Shown here: one piece after another, positions 58,069-61,838 of the stretch
How the letters are laid out: every line of letters begins with the position of its first letter
Numbering within the stretch: position 1 is the first letter of the stretch
Assembly (NCBI GenBank): GCA_045121315.1
Contig: JBGVFW010000305.1
Location: 1 to 61,838, forward strand
Origin: Eubacteriales bacterium
GTDB lineage: Bacteria > Bacillota > Clostridia > Oscillospirales > CAG-272
DNA: 61,838 nucleotides
Direction of reading: 5' to 3'
Notes under the pieces: model-generated
Databases searched by the model: none
Seen by the model: only the letters and a program-made list of their open reading frames with translations
What the model was told of the DNA's origin: nothing
Program-made: the position numbers and the translations under genes

Positions 58069-58344
58069 ATGAAATTTATAAATATCGGCTTTGGAAACAT
58101 GGTCGCCTCTCACAGAGTCGTAACGCTCGTAAGTCCCGACTCCGCGCCCATTAAAAGACTCATTCAAGACGCAAAGGATTCCGGCAGAGTTATCGACGTT
58201 TCGTGCGGCAGACGCACACGCTCCGTTATAGTTACGGATTCCGAACACGTTATCCTTTCCGCAATACAGCCGGAAACCATCGCCGTTCGTCTCAACGGTC
58301 AAAACGATGACGCAGAGGACGAAGCGGAATCTTCGGAGGAATAA
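58069..58344 (+). CDS. remA: RemA/YlzA (DUF370) regulator
   Basis: INIGFGN.V...RV...[10 protein letters not shown]... pattern. 91 aa. Confidence 0.9.
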   Translation: MKFINIGFGNMVASHRVVTLVSPDSAPIKRLIQDAKDSGRVIDVSCGRRTRSVIVTDSEHVILSAIQPETIAVRLNGQNDDAEDEAESSEE

Positions 58345-58349
58345 AACAT

Positions 58350-58952
58350 ATGGAAAAAGGTTTACTTTTCGTAATTTCGGGTCCTGCCGGAACGGGCAAG
58401 GGTACCGTTATAAAACACCTTCTTGAAACGGGAGAGTTTTTCTATTCCGTTTCCGCCACGACGCGCGCGCCGCGTCCGGGCGAAGAACACGGTGTGAACT
58501 ATTATTTCGTTTCCCGCGAAGAATTTGAAGCAAAGATCGCCGCCGGCGATATGCTCGAGTACGCGGAATATGTCGGCAACTACTACGGCACGCCGAAAAG
58601 CGCCGTGGAAAACGCGCTTGACGCTGGCAAAAACGTCATTTTGGAAATAGAAACAAAAGGCGCTTTGCAGATACGTGAAAAAATGCAGGAAGCCGTGCTC
58701 ATTCTCATTCTCGCGCCCGATATAGAAACGCTCGAAGCGCGCCTTGTCGGCAGAGGCACGGAAAGCGCGGAGGTCGTTGCAAAACGCATGAACGAAGCGC
58801 GCCGTGAGGTGACGCTCCTCGATAAATACGATTACGTCGTTATCAACGAGGACGGCAAGAGCGAGGATGCCGCCGCCGCTATATATAAAATTTCCGAAAC
58901 GGAAAAGATGCGCGCGCACCGCAACCTTTGCCTTAAAGGAAAATTTATTTAA
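58350..58952 (+). CDS. gmk: Guanylate kinase
   Basis: SGPAGTGKGT P-loop, SATTR.PR.GE..G..Y.F motif. Confidence 0.95.
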   Translation: MEKGLLFVISGPAGTGKGTVIKHLLETGEFFYSVSATTRAPRPGEEHGVNYYFVSREEFEAKIAAGDMLEYAEYVGNYYGTPKSAVENALDAGKNVILEIETKGALQIREKMQEAVLILILAPDIETLEARLVGRGTESAEVVAKRMNEARREVTLLDKYDYVVINEDGKSEDAAAAIYKISETEKMRAHRNLCLKGKFI

Positions 58953-58979
58953 AAAACAAAAAACGCTTGCACACGCTCA

Positions 58980-59055
58980 CCTCTTACGGCAGCCTTGGGC
59001 TGCCACCTTCCCATCCGTGGAAGGTGGCAAACGCAGTTTGACGGAAGAGGTTTTA
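58980..59055 (+). other. Y-shaped structured element after gmk (probable complex terminator or repeat unit)
   Basis: Outer helix CCTCTTACG/CGGAAGAGG (8 of 9 bp) encloses GGCAGCC-TTG-GGCTGCC and CACCTTCC-7nt-GGAAGGTG, followed by TTTT. Confidence 0.5.
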
Positions 59056-59135
59056 ACTAATTTAAGCGCAAATTTTACAACGCAAAACAACTTTAATTTA
59101 CATATACTAATCTACTTTTTGGAGGTACTTCAATC

Positions 59136-59474
59136 ATGATGATAAAACCGTCTATCGACCAGCTTACACACGGTGGTGAGATCAACCGTTACGAACTCGT
59201 TATCGCAACATCCAAGGTTGCGCGCGCTATTACCGACGAATACTGCGAACAGCGTGAAAAAGCTGAAAACATGATCCGCACGGGCGAAACGGACAAGAGC
59301 CTTGCTTCTCTTATCAAAGGCGATATCCGCGATAAAAAAGCGGTTGAAAACGCAGTTCAGGCTCTCGCCGCAGGCGAATACGAGGTTATAGTTCCCGTTG
59401 CAACGGAAGAAGACGAAAACGCGGAAGAAACGGAAGTTCCCGCAGAAGAAACCGCCGGCGAAGAAAACAACTGA
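59136..59474 (+). CDS. rpoZ: DNA-directed RNA polymerase subunit omega
   Basis: PSIDQL......NRYELV...SKVAR pattern with an acidic tail. GGAGG RBS. Confidence 0.9.
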   Translation: MMIKPSIDQLTHGGEINRYELVIATSKVARAITDEYCEQREKAENMIRTGETDKSLASLIKGDIRDKKAVENAVQALAAGEYEVIVPVATEEDENAEETEVPAEETAGEENN

Positions 59475-59476
59475 TA

Positions 59477-61838
59477 ATGGAAGCCTATGTAAAAACGGTG
59501 GGCGTGCGAGTTCTTGACGTGCCGTATCACCTTGACATAGAGTACACATATTATATTCCCGAAGGGTCCCCTTTTGTTTCCGTGGGAGATTTTCTGCTCG
59601 TGCCGTTCGGCGCGGGCAATAAAAAATTTTCTGCCGTCGCCGTAAGGCTCGGCAGAACGGACGATTGCCAAAACCTCAAGCCCGTTTTCAGGGTGTACGG
59701 GGAAGATATCCGTCTTACCCAAAAAATGCTGCGCCTTGCCGATTTCCTCTGCGGGCGCACATTCTGTTCTTTCGGGGACGCCGTAAAACGGCTTATCCCC
59801 GCCGATCTTATCCCGCAGACGAGCGAATATTTCGCCGTATGCGAAAATCACAAAGAAACATCTTATACAAAACGCCACGCCGCTGTTCTTGCCTACGTTT
59901 CTGAGCACGGCGCTATACCGCGCGATAAGCTGCTTGCAGACACAGGCATTTCGCAATCCACTCTTTCTCGCCTTTGCCGCGAGGGCGCGCTTGTCAAAAC
60001 AACGCGCGCAAGCGTTTCCGAGGGTGCAAGCGTCACGTTTGTCATGCCCGCCGAAGGCGCAGACGCGTCAGTTTTGGAAAGGCCACGAACACCCGCCGCG
60101 CACGCTGAGCTTTACGCCGTTGTCAAGGAATGCGGCATTATAGAGAAAAAAACGCTATTGGCGGAAGGATTTAAACCCTCGCAAATATCCTCTCTTGAGA
60201 AAAAGGGGCTTATCCGCCTTGAAAAGCAAGAAGTTATACGCAATCCATATAAAAACATGGAGGCGCCCGACATAAAGATAGAGCTTTCGGAAGAGCAGGC
60301 GGCGGCAAAAGAAAAGCTGCTCACACTTTGCGATGGGAAACCGCACGCAGCTCTTCTTCACGGCGTTACTGGTTCCGGGAAAACGAGTGTTATCATATCC
60401 GTCTGCGAAGAAGTGGTAAATCGCGGCAGAAGCGCCATCGTGCTTGTGCCCGAAATTGCTCTTACCTGGCAATCCGTTTCAGTTTTCGCGGGCAAATTCA
60501 AAAACCGCCTTGCCGTTATCCATTCCGCGCTCTCTGAGGGGGAAAAAGCGGACACTTTCAAGCGTGTACAGCGCGGTGAGGTGGACGTTGTGCTCGGCAC
60601 ACGCTCCGCGCTCTTTGCTCCCGTGGAAAACCTCGGTGTCGTCGTGATAGACGAGGAACAGGAGCACACATATAAATCCGATATGTCTCCAAAATATCAC
60701 GCTCGTGACGTTGCACGTTTCCTCTGTGCCGAAAACGGCGCGCTCATGCTGCTTGCCAGCGCCACTCCAAGCGTGGAAACGTATTACCGCGCGAAAAGCG
60801 GCATATATACGCTCGTGACGCTTTCCTCGCGCTACGGAAAAGCGCGAATGCCCGACGTTTTCATCTCCGACATGAGGGAAAACATGAGCATCACGGGCGA
60901 GGAGAACATCGGAAACGAGCTCGCCTGCGAGATAGAAGCGAACCTTGAACACGGGTTCCAGTCCATTCTTTTTCTCAACAGGCGCGGATACAACAGCTAT
61001 TTTTCCTGCCGTTCCTGCGGCAAAGCCGTGCTTTGCCCGAACTGCTCCGTAACGCTGACGTACCATTTATATAAAAAAAGCGGCAAAAGCTATCTGCAAT
61101 GCCACTATTGCGGTCACCGCGAACCCACACCCATGCTCTGCCCCTCATGCGGAAGCGAGCATATCACGGGCGGCGGCTACGGCACTCAGAAAATAGAAGA
61201 AGAGCTCGCCATGCGCTTTCCAGAAGCGCGTGTTCTGCGATTGGACGCAGACTCTACGCGCACGAAATTTTCGCAGGACAAGATACTTTCCGATTTCCGC
61301 GAGGGGAAAGCCGATATACTCATCGGCACGCAGATGGTAACAAAGGGGCATAATTTCCCACGTGTCACGCTCGTCGGCGTGGTAAACGCGGACAATTCGC
61401 TCTTTATGAATGATTTCCGTTCGGGCGAGAGAACTTTTTCCGTTATCACGCAGGTCGTGGGCAGAGCGGGCAGAGGGGATTTTCCCGGTCGCGCGCTCGT
61501 GCAGACATATAATCCAGACAACGAAACGCTCACGCTTTCCGCCGCGCAAAACTATGAAAAATTTTATGAAAGCGAAATAGTCATTCGAAAAAATTTCCTT
61601 TTCCCGCCGTTCTGCGATATCGCGCTGTTCTCTTTCTCCTCTGCGGAAGAAACCGCACTTTCGGATTTCGCCGCGGAGATTGCCGCAGAGCTGAGAAAGC
61701 TGCAAAAAGGCGAATTTTCGGATATACCGCTTGTAGTATTCGGTCCGTTCGACGCACCGATATATAAAATAGGCGGCAAATTCCGCAAGCAGATAATCGT
61801 GAAGCACAAAAGCACCGCCCGCGCACGCGAGCTTTTTG
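59477..61838 (+). CDS. priA: Primosomal protein N' (replication restart helicase), 3'-truncated by the window end
   Basis: Not in the ORF track because no stop falls inside the window. I translated it by hand. GVTGSGKT Walker A, VIDEEQEH DExH box, and Cys cluster CRSCG..CPNC...CHYCGH...CPSCGS. Confidence 0.92.
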   Translation, partial: MEAYVKTVGVRVLDVPYHLDIEYTYYIPEGSPFVSVGDFLLVPFGAGNKKFSAVAVRLGRTDDCQNLKPVFRVYGEDIRLTQKMLRLADFLCGRTFCSFGDAVKRLIPADLIPQTSEYFAVCENHKETSYTKRHAAVLAYVSEHGAIPRDKLLADTGISQSTLSRLCREGALVKTTRASVSEGASVTFVMPAEGADASVLERPRTPAAHAELYAVVKECGIIEKKTLLAEGFKPSQISSLEKKGLIRLEKQEVIRNPYKNMEAPDIKIELSEEQAAAKEKLLTLCDGKPHAALLHGVTGSGKTSVIISVCEEVVNRGRSAIVLVPEIALTWQSVSVFAGKFKNRLAVIHSALSEGEKADTFKRVQRGEVDVVLGTRSALFAPVENLGVVVIDEEQEHTYKSDMSPKYHARDVARFLCAENGALMLLASATPSVETYYRAKSGIYTLVTLSSRYGKARMPDVFISDMRENMSITGEENIGNELACEIEANLEHGFQSILFLNRRGYNSYFSCRSCGKAVLCPNCSVTLTYHLYKKSGKSYLQCHYCGHREPTPMLCPSCGSEHITGGGYGTQKIEEELAMRFPEARVLRLDADSTRTKFSQDKILSDFREGKADILIGTQMVTKGHNFPRVTLVGVVNADNSLFMNDFRSGERTFSVITQVVGRAGRGDFPGRALVQTYNPDNETLTLSAAQNYEKFYESEIVIRKNFLFPPFCDIALFSFSSAEETALSDFAAEIAAELRKLQKGEFSDIPLVVFGPFDAPIYKIGGKFRKQIIVKHKSTARARELF

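Noticed and set aside
58980-59055. Checked whether the Y-shaped element after gmk is a tRNA or tRNA-like gene.
   Set aside because: It has only two internal arms, no GTTCRANNC T-loop or D-loop consensus, and no acceptor/CCA geometry.

Overview
The window is about 50% GC and reads as core chromosome of a Bacillota (Clostridia-like) anaerobe. Supporting signs are T-box leaders, an ECF FolT, HisZ with a short HisG, and yicC-remA-gmk-rpoZ-priA synteny. It is dominated by housekeeping operons. These are ilvA-ridA, a 10.4-kb ilvBNCD-leuACDB-ilvE operon, a hisZGDCBHAF(IE)K-rlmA operon and folT-folC. Other housekeeping genes are polA, pfkA, ogg, htrA, nadA, mgsA and metY. Accessory genes are a marR plus two-gene ABC exporter operon, a COG2984-type ABC importer, and a few small unknowns.

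I found no rRNA, tRNA, CRISPR array, transposase, integrase, prophage or recognisable defence system.

The cis-RNA layer is the best-supported result. It includes:
- two T-boxes, with specifiers I read as Ile AUC and Tyr UAC;
- a THF riboswitch;
- an unannotated 35-codon Ile/Val-rich leader ORF followed by a terminator in front of ilvB, where a Firmicute would normally carry a T-box.

The second notable layer is dense, modular intergenic repeats: GTAG-hairpin REP-like units and a roughly 240-nt mosaic element. They have colonised spacers, including two inside the his operon. They also fill an 850-bp gene-free gap that carries an orphan near-consensus promoter and stacked terminators.

Smaller oddities:
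- a 1-kb AT3-rich islet bracketed by a duplicated promoter module;
- two uncharacterised Cys-rich proteins, one translationally coupled to ogg;
- a divergent UDG-superfamily-like ORF;
- a perfect 19-bp inverted-repeat operator at marR.

All calls come from reading the sequence and motifs by eye. No database search or folding program was run.
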